Positions 17,666 through 26,354 of a stretch of 39,282 bases of DNA are shown here, in pieces (within the stretch, counting starts at the first letter, position 1; the number at the start of each line of letters is the position of its first letter). The notes under the pieces are model-generated. The model made no database searches and had not been told where the DNA came from. It saw only the letters and a program-made list of their open reading frames with translations. The position numbers were made by a program, and so were the translations under genes. The stretch spans positions 1-39,282 of the forward strand of contig DASVLW010000015.1 of NCBI GenBank assembly GCA_036384675.1, written 5' to 3'. Source of the stretch: Minisyncoccota bacterium. GTDB taxonomy: Bacteria; Patescibacteriota; Minisyncoccia; Phycocordibacterales; Phycocordibacteraceae.

Positions 17666-18525
17666 CCGGCATGTTGAAGGACTATTATCGCCTCACGAAG
17701 CCCGGTATCGTGTACGGCAACGCGTTCACGACGCTCGCCGCGTTCCTCTATGCTTCCGGCTGGCACGCGAGCGCCGCGCTGTTCTGCGCGACGCTCGCCG
17801 GCAGTATGCTCGTCGTCGCGTCGGCGTGCGTATTCAATAATTATCTCGATCGCGGCATCGACGCGAAGATGGAGCGTACGAAGAACCGTCCGCTCGTGAC
17901 CGGCGCGATATCGGGCGCGAACGCGATCGCGTACGGAAGCGCGCTCGGCATCATCGGCGTCGCGCTGCTCTCTATATATGCGAACCCGCTCACGGCGGCG
18001 ATCGCGCTGTTCGGATTCCTTTCATACGTCTTCGCGTACGGCTGGGCGAAGCGCGCGTCCTACTGGGGCACGGTTGTCGGCAGCATCCCCGGCGCGGTGC
18101 CCGTCGTCGTGGGCTATACCGCCGTAACCGGCCGGATTGATGCGGCTGCCGCGACGCTCTTCTTCATCCTCGTCTTCTGGCAGATGCCGCATTTCTACGC
18201 CATAGCGACATACCGCCTCGACGAATATGCCGCGGCGGGCATCCCCGTTCTTCCCGCGCGAAAGGGAATACGCGCGGCCAAAATCCATATCCTCCTCTAT
18301 ATCATCGCGTACCTCGCCGCAGCGTCCGCGCTCACGGCGCTCGGTTATGCGGGCTATGCCTATCTCGCCGCGGTGCTACTCATTGGGCTGATGTGGCTCT
18401 GGCGCGCCGGAAAAGGATTCAGGGCGCCGGACGATGCGGCGTGGGCGCGCGGCGTGTTCCGGTTCTCGCTCATCGTCCTGGTAACCTTCTCAGCAGCGCT
18501 TTCGGTCGCATCGCTGCTGCCATAA
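17662..18525 (+). CDS. cyoE: Protoheme IX farnesyltransferase (heme O synthase)
   Basis: LKDYYRLTKPGIV..., NNYLDRGIDAKMERTKNRPL (UbiA-family Asp-rich motif), polytopic. ATGA overlap with cyoD. Confidence 0.93.
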   Translation: MTGMLKDYYRLTKPGIVYGNAFTTLAAFLYASGWHASAALFCATLAGSMLVVASACVFNNYLDRGIDAKMERTKNRPLVTGAISGANAIAYGSALGIIGVALLSIYANPLTAAIALFGFLSYVFAYGWAKRASYWGTVVGSIPGAVPVVVGYTAVTGRIDAAAATLFFILVFWQMPHFYAIATYRLDEYAAAGIPVLPARKGIRAAKIHILLYIIAYLAAASALTALGYAGYAYLAAVLLIGLMWLWRAGKGFRAPDDAAWARGVFRFSLIVLVTFSAALSVASLLP

Positions 18526-18628
18526 CGCCGCAGCAGGCGGCGCAGGTTATGCACCTGCCCAGGTGGCACTGCTTCCCGCGAGCGTCCATACTCAAAGCAG
18601 CGCTCTCGCGCCTAACCATCCTCCCTAC

Positions 18629-19051
18629 ATGAAGCATGTTACTCATCGCGACATCGCGAAGGTGCTGGTCGGTCTCGTGCTCGCCGACCTCATCAGCGTC
18701 CTGTTCTTCGGCAACGCGGGCTTGTTCCCGCTTACCATCCTTGGCGTCACGTGGACATCGGCGGCTATCGTGCCCATCGTCGTCTTTGACGCGGCGATCA
18801 TCCTGCTGCTCGTTCACTATGGCTGGAGCATGAAGCTCCCGCTCTCCTCGCCGAGCGAGCGCACGCTGCTCGTCATCGCGGGCATCATCTTCCTCGCCGT
18901 CGCGCTCGCGCACCTGGCGCGCCTCGCGCTCGGGATCGACATCGCGCTTGGCGACTTCGCCGTGCCGCTCTGGCTCTCGTGGATAGGATTCCTCGTCGCC
19001 GGCTATCTGTCCTACGCAAGTTTCCATTTCGCGCTGCGCGCGAAGCGGTAA
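18629..19051 (+). CDS. Hypothetical small membrane protein (four predicted TM helices)
   Basis: The ORF from ATG 18629 (MKHVTHRDIAKVLVGLVLADL...) is hydrophobic throughout. No family was recognised. Confidence 0.65.
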   Translation: MKHVTHRDIAKVLVGLVLADLISVLFFGNAGLFPLTILGVTWTSAAIVPIVVFDAAIILLLVHYGWSMKLPLSSPSERTLLVIAGIIFLAVALAHLARLALGIDIALGDFAVPLWLSWIGFLVAGYLSYASFHFALRAKR

Positions 19052-19068
19052 TTGCCCGCATAGGAAAC

Positions 19069-19097
19069 GCGAAACGGCGCCGCAGGCGCCGTTTCGC
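19069..19097. terminator. Bidirectional hairpin terminator between convergent genes
   Basis: gcgaaacggcgcc-gca-ggcgccgtttcgc, a 13-bp perfect stem. Confidence 0.7.
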
Positions 19098-19116
19098 ATT
19101 GCGCGTCTCGCGCCGG

Positions 19117-19467
19117 TTATTGCATCCGCGAAAGGATTTCCCGCAGCACGACCGCGTTATTGTGCGCGGGATCCTTCGCGCCGTATACGAGCGTGATGCG
19201 CCTGCCGCTTTTCGCGACCGCCTTCAGTTCGGCTTTCGCGCCGCGCAGCTCCGCCTTATACCGTTTCCTGAACTCCGCCCAGCGCTTGGGGTCGTGCCCG
19301 AACCATTGCCGGAGCTTCGCGCTCGGCGCGATGTTCTTCTCCCACGCATCGAGCTTCAGCTTCGCCTTGGAGACGCCGCGCGGCCACAGGCGGTCCACCA
19401 GCACGCGGCGCCCGTCGGCCGCCGCAGCCTTCTCATACGCCCGCTTAATCGTGATCATATATCTCAT
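19117..19467 (-). CDS. DUF488 family protein (YeaO-like)
   Basis: IKRAYEKAAAADGRRVLVDRLWPRGVSKAKLKLDAWEKNIAPSAKLRQWF closely parallels the YeaO/DUF488 pattern (VDRLWPRG...W.K...PS..LR.WF). Confidence 0.85.
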   Translation of the reverse strand: MRYMITIKRAYEKAAAADGRRVLVDRLWPRGVSKAKLKLDAWEKNIAPSAKLRQWFGHDPKRWAEFRKRYKAELRGAKAELKAVAKSGRRITLVYGAKDPAHNNAVVLREILSRMQ

Positions 19468-19562
19468 GATACATCCGCTACTGCCCGCATATACGCCCTC
19501 TGGGGAACTGCAGGTTCATAACCGACCTGAAATAAAAAGGCAGCGGGTGTACTGTCGTATAT

Positions 19563-21911
19563 ATGACCTCACCAGGACTCACGACCGCCGAAGCGTCCGC
19601 GTATCAGCGCGCGCACGGCTATAACGAGATACTCGATCCGAAGCCGTCGCTGCTGCGGCGCATCATGAAGCGCGCGATATCGCCCATCAGCGGCATGCTG
19701 CTCGTGGCCGCCATCCTCTCGTTTCTGGGCGGCAAGGCGTTCGACGGCTCGTTCATCCTCGCGCTTCTGGCGCTGAACGTCGGCATCACCGTATGGCAGG
19801 AACACAAGGCCGACAGCGCGATAGAGAAGCTGAACGAGCACTTGGCGTCGTCGGTGAAGGCGCTGCGCGACGGCGCATGGACGGACCTTAACGCGCGGCT
19901 GCTCGTCCCGCATGACATCGTGCGGCTTTCGGCGGGGGACATCATCCCCGCAGACGCCGTCGTGGCCGAAGCGAACAACGCGAGCGCGAACGAGGCTGCC
20001 GTCACCGGCGAATCGCTGCCGAAGGAGAAGCGGGATGGAGATACGCTCCTATCCGGCTCATACCTCGCATCAGGCCTCGCGACCGTCGAAATAACGGCTA
20101 TCGGCAGCAATACCTCATTTGGCAAGACGCTCGCGAAGATAGATCCGCATCCCCGCAAAAGCGCGCTCGAAAAGGACATCCTGCGCATATCGCGGTTCCT
20201 TTCGGGGCTGAGCATCGTCGCGGTCCTCGCGCTCACCGCGGCGCTCGCGCTCGGCCGCACGCCGTGGCTCGATGTGCTGCGGCTCGACTTGTCGCTCGTC
20301 ATCGCCGGCATACCGATAAGCCTGCCGACGGTCATGACGCTCATCATCGCCTTCGGCGTCGTCGCGCTCGCGAAGAAAGAAGTCATCGTGCGGCGCCTCT
20401 CGTCGCTCGAAGAGCTCGCGAACGCGGACCTGCTGCTCACCGACAAGACGGGCACGCTCACCAAGAACCTCATCGCCGTGAGCGACGTCCGGGCATACGA
20501 CGGCTTCAGCGCGGACGACGTGCGCCGCCTGGGCGCGCTCGTCGCCGCGCGCGACCCCGACACGACCATCAATCAGGCGCTGCTCGCGGGCCCGCATGCC
20601 GCCGCGAATGGCGCCGTGCGCACGTATATCCCCGGGGATTCTTCGAGAAAGCGCAGCACGCTGACGCTCGAAGACGGCGGGCGCATCCGGACCCTCTCGC
20701 TCGGAGCGCCGCAGGCCGTCGCGGCGCTGTGCGGGCTGCCCGCGGATATCCGCGCGCGATTCGATACGGATGTAGCGGATTATGCCGCGCGCGGCTACCG
20801 CACGCTCGCGCTCGCGGCGGCGGACGGTGAAGCGGAGTCCGGCATGGCGCTCGCGGGGCTGTTCGCGCTTTCGGATGAACTGCGCGACGACGCGGCGTCG
20901 GTCATCAGGTTCCTCGGCGACAACGGCATCGATGTCGTCATGGTGACGGGCGACAACCGCGCCATCGCCGCCGAGATAGCCGATAAGCTCGGCATCCCGG
21001 GCACCCGCGTCGTGCCGCGCGACGAGCTCGCGGCCGCGGGCTGGGATTCGGTTGCCGCATCCACGTTCCGCGATACGCGCGCGTTCGCGGAAATCCTGCC
21101 GGAAGACAAGTACGAGCTCGTTACGCGCGCCCGCCGCTTCTATACCGTCGCGAGCAACGGCGACGGCGTGAACGACCTGCCGGCAGTGAAGGCCGCGAGC
21201 GTCGGCTTCGCGGTGAGCAACGCCGTGGACGTGCTGAAGGCCGCCGCCGACATCGTCCTGCTGACGGACGGCATCGGCGTCATGAAAGACGCCTTCATCG
21301 AAGGGCGCAAGATATTCGAGCGTTTGTATTCGTATTCGCTCTACCGCATATCCGAAAGCTTCCGGCTCATCGTCACCATCGTCATCCTCGGGCTCGCGAC
21401 CGGCGCGTATCCGCTGTCGCCGCTGCAGCTCATACTCATCGCGCTCCTGAACGACATCCCCATCATCTCGCTGGCGTTCGACCGCGTGAAAGTCGCGAAC
21501 CGGCCGTCGAAGATACAGGTGAAGCGGCAGTTCTCGCAGAGCCTTCTGTATGGCGCCGTGGGCGTGGCAAACAGCCTGCTGCTGTATTTCTTTGCGACCG
21601 ATTACCTGCATCTTCCGCTGCCGGTCGTCGAGACGCTGTTCTTCCTGAAGCTCACGGTCTCGGGCCACCTGCTCATATACGTAGCGCATACCAAAGAGCG
21701 CTGGTGGCGCTACCTGCCGAGCAGGGAAGTGATATTCGCAACGAGCGCGACGCAAGCGGTTGCGACCGGGCTCGCGCTCACCGGCTTCCTGATGCCCGCC
21801 GCGATACCGTGGCAGCTCGCGCTTTTGATCTGGGTATGGTCGTTCTTCTTCATGCAGATCGGCGAGCTGGTAAAATTCCCGCACCGGATGGTTATGCGTT
21901 CACGGAAATAA
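19563..21911 (+). CDS. P-type ATPase, type III (plasma-membrane H+/Mg2+-ATPase-like)
   Basis: 782 aa. TGESLP, IPISLPTVMTL (TM4), DKTGTLT, MVTGDN and GDGVNDLPAVKAASVGFAV motifs. There is no CPC or heavy-metal-binding domain. Confidence 0.9.
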   Translation: MTSPGLTTAEASAYQRAHGYNEILDPKPSLLRRIMKRAISPISGMLLVAAILSFLGGKAFDGSFILALLALNVGITVWQEHKADSAIEKLNEHLASSVKALRDGAWTDLNARLLVPHDIVRLSAGDIIPADAVVAEANNASANEAAVTGESLPKEKRDGDTLLSGSYLASGLATVEITAIGSNTSFGKTLAKIDPHPRKSALEKDILRISRFLSGLSIVAVLALTAALALGRTPWLDVLRLDLSLVIAGIPISLPTVMTLIIAFGVVALAKKEVIVRRLSSLEELANADLLLTDKTGTLTKNLIAVSDVRAYDGFSADDVRRLGALVAARDPDTTINQALLAGPHAAANGAVRTYIPGDSSRKRSTLTLEDGGRIRTLSLGAPQAVAALCGLPADIRARFDTDVADYAARGYRTLALAAADGEAESGMALAGLFALSDELRDDAASVIRFLGDNGIDVVMVTGDNRAIAAEIADKLGIPGTRVVPRDELAAAGWDSVAASTFRDTRAFAEILPEDKYELVTRARRFYTVASNGDGVNDLPAVKAASVGFAVSNAVDVLKAAADIVLLTDGIGVMKDAFIEGRKIFERLYSYSLYRISESFRLIVTIVILGLATGAYPLSPLQLILIALLNDIPIISLAFDRVKVANRPSKIQVKRQFSQSLLYGAVGVANSLLLYFFATDYLHLPLPVVETLFFLKLTVSGHLLIYVAHTKERWWRYLPSREVIFATSATQAVATGLALTGFLMPAAIPWQLALLIWVWSFFFMQIGELVKFPHRMVMRSRK

Positions 21912-21914
21912 TCC

Positions 21915-22631
21915 ATGCATACGACCAGACTCAAGGAGAAACGGGACATAGCAGAAGGCACGATGGAGTTCACGTTCGCGCGTCCGGACGGATTCGGCTA
22001 CCGCGCAGGCCAGACCATCGACCTGCGCCTCATCGACCCGCCCGAAACGGACGCGGAAGGGAACTTTCGCACCTTCTCGCTCGTAAGCGCGCCGCACGAG
22101 CCCGTACTGAAAATCGCGACGCGCATCCGCGATAGCGCATACAAGCGCGTGCTCGCGGCCATGCCTGAGGGCACCCCGCTCTCGTTCGAAGGGCCGTTCG
22201 GGTCGTTCTTCCTGCATGAGAACACCGCACGCCCGGCGATATTCCTGTCAGGCGGCATCGGCATAACGCCGTTCCGCTCCATCCTGTCGGACGCCGCCGA
22301 ACGCGCGCTCCCGCACCGGATAGCCCTGCTGTATGCCAACCGCCGGCCCGAAGATGCGGCATTTCTCGATGAATTAGAAGCGTTCGCCGCGAAACATCCC
22401 AACTTCACGCTCGTCCCTACCATGACCGGGATGGAAACATCGCGAGAGCCGTGGGGCGGAGAGCGCGGCCACATCGACGCATCGATGCTCGCGCGCCATG
22501 TACCGGCTGGCACATCGCCCGTCTATTACCTCGCCGGCCCGTCCGCGATGGTCATGGCGATGCGCTCGATGCTCATCGGGAACGGCGTGAGCGGCGACGA
22601 TATCCGCTTCGAGGAATTCGCAGGGTATTAG
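21915..22631 (+). CDS. FAD/NAD(P)-binding oxidoreductase (ferredoxin-NADP reductase-like fold)
   Basis: RTFSLVS (RxYS-type FAD motif) and FLSGGIGITPFRSIL (NAD(P)-binding). 238 aa. Starts 3 nt after the ATPase stop. Confidence 0.85.
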   Translation: MHTTRLKEKRDIAEGTMEFTFARPDGFGYRAGQTIDLRLIDPPETDAEGNFRTFSLVSAPHEPVLKIATRIRDSAYKRVLAAMPEGTPLSFEGPFGSFFLHENTARPAIFLSGGIGITPFRSILSDAAERALPHRIALLYANRRPEDAAFLDELEAFAAKHPNFTLVPTMTGMETSREPWGGERGHIDASMLARHVPAGTSPVYYLAGPSAMVMAMRSMLIGNGVSGDDIRFEEFAGY

Positions 22632-22675
22632 GGAGGCGGGAGTATACTGAGTTGCATTATCCTTCATCCGGCAGC

Positions 22676-23164
22676 ATGAAAACATCCACCATCGTTACCA
22701 TCGTCGTCATAGTGCTCGTCGTCATCGGCCTCGGCTGGTGGCTCGCACAGCCGAAGTCCGCGCTCGAATCGGGCCCGGTAGAGCAGGCGCCGGCAGCCGC
22801 CACGACGTCCGAGGCGGTCCCGGGCGACAACCTGACGCTCGGCCAGGATACCGACGCGAAGCTCGGCAATTACGTCATCGCCTATAACGGCATGACGCTC
22901 TATACCTATGCGCCCGATACGGACGGCCTATCGCACTGCATGGACGCGTGTGCGGCGGCGTGGCCGCCGTATGTCGTGACCTCGACCGATAACCTCGTCG
23001 CCGAGTCTCCGCTCGCGGGAACCATCGGCACGATAACGCGCGCGGATGGGACGGAGCAGGTGACGTATAACGGCCATCCGCTCTACTTCTACGCGAACGA
23101 TGCGCAATCGGGCGATACGACGGGGCAGGGCGTCGGCGGCGTGTGGTTCGTCGCGAAGCCGTAA
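22676..23164 (+). CDS. Secreted or membrane-anchored protein with two Yx(FWY)xxD-type repeats (COG4315-like)
   Basis: N-terminal TM/signal helix, then GMTLYTYAPD...CMDACAAAWPP and GHPLYFYANDAQSGDTTGQG repeats. Confidence 0.8.
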   Translation: MKTSTIVTIVVIVLVVIGLGWWLAQPKSALESGPVEQAPAAATTSEAVPGDNLTLGQDTDAKLGNYVIAYNGMTLYTYAPDTDGLSHCMDACAAAWPPYVVTSTDNLVAESPLAGTIGTITRADGTEQVTYNGHPLYFYANDAQSGDTTGQGVGGVWFVAKP

Positions 23165-23183
23165 TATCATTCGAATACGAAGA

Positions 23184-23221
23184 AAAACCGTCCGCCGGGT
23201 TATCCCCAGCGGACGGTTTTT
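23184..23221 (+). terminator. Rho-independent terminator
   Basis: aaaaccgtccgc...gcggacggtttt long stem followed by a T-run. Confidence 0.85.
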
Positions 23222-23266
23222 CTTCGGCTGATAGGCTACGAGTCTACTCCGCTAACTCAATTCGGT

Positions 23267-23893
23267 ATGAAACTCTACTACTCCCCGGGCGCCTGCTCGC
23301 TTTCCCCGCACATCGTTGCCCGCGAGTCGGGACTGGCGGTCGACCTGTCGAAAGTCACCTTCGCCGGCGCCGCGCGCACGACCGCCGAAGGCGAGGATTT
23401 CTTCTCGGTAAATCCGCGCGGCGGCTACGTCCCGGCGCTCCGGCTCGACGACGATTCGGTGCTTATGGAAGGCCCGGCCATCATCCATTATCTCGCCGAC
23501 CAGGCGCCGGATAAGAACCTCATGCCCGAGCGGGGAACGAAGGCATATTATGCCGCTCTTTCCTGGGTGGCATTCGTCAGCAGCGAGCTCCACAAGGGGT
23601 TCGGCCCGCTATTCCGCGCGGATGCGCCCGAATCCGAGAAGGATCTCGCGATTACGAAGCTGAAGAAACGGTTCGTGGTGCTCAATGGCGCGCTCGCGGG
23701 GAAGCCGTATCTGCTCGGCGACGCGTTCAGCGTCGCGGACGCGTATGCGTACACCATCATGCGCTGGATGCCGCGCGGCGGCATCGCGCTTGCGGAATTC
23801 CCGAACCTCGCCGCGTTCGCTGCGCGCATGGAAGCCCGCCCGGGCGTCGCGCTCGCGCTTGCCGAGGAAGGGCTCGAATCCATGAAGGCATAG
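23267..23893 (+). CDS. gst: Glutathione S-transferase, beta class (GstA-like)
   Basis: MKLYYSPGACSLSPHIVARESG..., FSVNPRGGYVPAL and SELHKGFGPLFR are collinear with my recollection of the Escherichia coli GstA sequence. Confidence 0.9.
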   Translation: MKLYYSPGACSLSPHIVARESGLAVDLSKVTFAGAARTTAEGEDFFSVNPRGGYVPALRLDDDSVLMEGPAIIHYLADQAPDKNLMPERGTKAYYAALSWVAFVSSELHKGFGPLFRADAPESEKDLAITKLKKRFVVLNGALAGKPYLLGDAFSVADAYAYTIMRWMPRGGIALAEFPNLAAFAARMEARPGVALALAEEGLESMKA

Positions 23894-23975
23894 TGCACCG
23901 GCGCGGTCCGGCGCCCCGTATACTCGGTATATATGGGCAGTAACACCGACTTAAGCGCGTAAGCGCCGCGACATC

Positions 23976-25637
23976 ATGGCTTCGCTATCCGCACATCCAC
24001 GGTATAGGCAGGCACGCGCATGGGTATTCGCCCACAAGGGCGTGAGCGCGCTCGTCGCTATTGCGCTCGTTTCGGGCGTCTACAGTTCGGTAAAGGCCGC
24101 GGGAGCGGTGTCGGCCGATCCGCATTACGTCATCGCGGCCGCCGCCCTCGGCACGGTGTCCTCGAGCGTCTCGGGCACCGGCCAGGTATCAGCTTCCGAC
24201 GAAGTCGACTTGTCGGCGAAATCCGCCGGCACCATTACCGCGGTGAACGTCGCCCCGGGCGCGCATGTGAAGGCGGGGCAGGTACTTGTCGCGACCGACG
24301 CCACCGACGACGCGTTCGCGCTCGAAAACGCGCAGATATCGCTCGACCGCCTCACCAATCCGAAAGCGTCGGACCAGCAGAGCGCCGTCGCCGCGAACGA
24401 GAGCGCACTCGTGAGCGGCGTCAGCGCGCTCGCCAAGGCATACGCGGACGATGACAGCGTCATCGCGGGGCTCGCGAATCTGCTCGACGTCAACGACGGC
24501 TACCTCGCGTCTACCAACCTTCTCCTCAGCGGCGACGCACGCACGCTCATCAGCACGGCGAATCTGAGTTATGGCGCGGCAAAGCGCGCGCTTGCGCAGA
24601 GCGAAGCCGCGAATGCGTCGATATCGAATTCAAGCAGCGTGAGCGACGTCGAGGCCGCGCTCGCAAGCACGGCGGACGTGGCGAAACAGGTGGCGACCGC
24701 CGCGAGCGACGCACAGACGGCAGTCGCCTACGTGGCCGCCCATGATTCTCCGACCAATGCAGCGGCTGCCAGCAGCGCACGGTCGACGGCGTCAGGATTC
24801 ACGTCGAGCGCGAACGGCGCGGTGTCGAGCCTGCTGTCCGCCCGCACCTCGCTCGTGAACGCGGGCCAGTCCCTCTCCGACCTCACCAATCCCGACACGC
24901 TCGACCTGCGCAGCGCGCAGCTCTCCGTGCGCCAGAAGCAGGAAGCCTATGACGATCACTTCGTCACGGCGCCGTTCGACGGCATCGTGGGTTCGGTCGA
25001 CGCGCACGTGGGGGATCAGTCGAGCGGGACGCTCGTGACCCTCGTCACGACCGACGAGATAGCCGAACTTTCACTCAACGAGGTCGACGCGGCGAAAGTC
25101 GCGGTGGGGCAGAAGGCGATGCTCACGTTCGACGCCGTCGACGGCCTGACCATCGCCGGCGAAGTGGCGTCCATCGATGCGGTGGGTACCGTATCGAGCG
25201 GCGTCGTGAACTACGGCGTGAAGATATCGTTCGCAACCGACGACCCGCGCGTGAAGCCCGGCATGACGGTCGAAGCGACCATCATCACCGCCCGGAAAGA
25301 CGGCGTCGTCGCCGTGCCGAACGCGGCTATCCATTCGGCGGGCGATGCGAGCTACGTTCTTTCCATCCCGGGTGCCGCGGCAGGGGCAGGCGGCGCGCAG
25401 GGCATCACCGGTACGCCGACGCAGGTGCCGGTCGAGCTCGGCCTTGCCGGCGACGACACGACCGAGATAACGTCGGGACTGGCGGCGGGCGATACGTACG
25501 TGGCGCGCGCCATCACGGCGGCGGCAACGTCGGCGGCGAGTTCCGCGACCCGCGCGACGGGCGCTATCACGGCCCCGGTGCGCGCCACCGGCGCGGGCGC
25601 CGTACGCGTACAGCGAAGCCCTGGCTTCGGCGGCTGA
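23976..25637 (+). CDS. Efflux-transporter periplasmic adaptor (HlyD/MacA family) with a long Ala/Ser-rich coiled-coil insert
   Basis: N-terminal TM anchor and a barrel-sandwich hybrid motif (GTITAVNVAPGAHVKAGQVLV). The C-terminal beta-barrel part is (AELSLNEVDAAKVAVGQKAMLTFDA...). It lies directly upstream of the ABC ATPase and FtsX permease. Confidence 0.85.
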   Translation: MASLSAHPRYRQARAWVFAHKGVSALVAIALVSGVYSSVKAAGAVSADPHYVIAAAALGTVSSSVSGTGQVSASDEVDLSAKSAGTITAVNVAPGAHVKAGQVLVATDATDDAFALENAQISLDRLTNPKASDQQSAVAANESALVSGVSALAKAYADDDSVIAGLANLLDVNDGYLASTNLLLSGDARTLISTANLSYGAAKRALAQSEAANASISNSSSVSDVEAALASTADVAKQVATAASDAQTAVAYVAAHDSPTNAAAASSARSTASGFTSSANGAVSSLLSARTSLVNAGQSLSDLTNPDTLDLRSAQLSVRQKQEAYDDHFVTAPFDGIVGSVDAHVGDQSSGTLVTLVTTDEIAELSLNEVDAAKVAVGQKAMLTFDAVDGLTIAGEVASIDAVGTVSSGVVNYGVKISFATDDPRVKPGMTVEATIITARKDGVVAVPNAAIHSAGDASYVLSIPGAAAGAGGAQGITGTPTQVPVELGLAGDDTTEITSGLAAGDTYVARAITAAATSAASSATRATGAITAPVRATGAGAVRVQRSPGFGG

Positions 25638-25639
25638 CC

Positions 25640-26347
25640 ATGATCGAGGTCAAGGACGTCACGAAGACGTACGACACGGGCGGCGAGCCGTTCACGGCGC
25701 TCAAGGGCGTCACGTTCACGATACGGGACGGGGAGTTCGTCGCCATCATGGGCCCTTCAGGCTCGGGCAAGTCGACGCTCATGCATATACTCGGCGCGCT
25801 CGACTCGCCCACGTCCGGCACGTACCTGCTCGACGGCAAGGACGTATCCACGCTGTCGGACGATGAGCTCGCCGACATCCGGCGCGAGCGCATAGGGTTC
25901 GTATTTCAGTCGTTCAACCTGCTGCCGCGCGCCACCGTGCTGCGCAACGTCATGCTGCCGCTCATCTATGAGGGCGTCGCGCCGGACGAACGCCGCGCGC
26001 GGGCAAGCGCGGCGCTCATAGCCGCCGGCATGCCGGAATCCCATTTCGACCACGGGTCGAACCAGCTCTCGGGCGGACAGATACAGCGCGTCGCCATCGC
26101 GCGGGCCCTGGTGAATGAGCCGAGCCTCATCCTCGCCGACGAGCCGACCGGCAACCTCGATACGCGCACCGGACAGGTCGTGCTCGGCACGTTCCAGAAG
26201 CTGAACGAAGAGATGGGGCGCACCATCGTGCTCATCACGCACGAGCCGGACGTCGCGCAGCACGCCGACCGCATCATCCATATCCGCGACGGCCTTATCG
26301 TCGAGGACAAGCCCAACCCGCACAAAGCGCGCGCCGCTATCGACTGA
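25640..26347 (+). CDS. ABC transporter ATP-binding protein (MacB/LolD-type)
   Basis: Walker A GPSGSGKST, signature LSGGQIQR, Walker B LILADEPT. Confidence 0.95.
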   Translation: MIEVKDVTKTYDTGGEPFTALKGVTFTIRDGEFVAIMGPSGSGKSTLMHILGALDSPTSGTYLLDGKDVSTLSDDELADIRRERIGFVFQSFNLLPRATVLRNVMLPLIYEGVAPDERRARASAALIAAGMPESHFDHGSNQLSGGQIQRVAIARALVNEPSLILADEPTGNLDTRTGQVVLGTFQKLNEEMGRTIVLITHEPDVAQHADRIIHIRDGLIVEDKPNPHKARAAID

Positions 26348-26354
26348 TTCCTCT

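Noticed and set aside
19468-19562. Possible Mg2+ (M-box) or other riboswitch in the leader of the P-type ATPase
   Set aside because: Only 95 nt separate the divergent genes, which is too short for an M-box. No conserved riboswitch core sequences were recognised.
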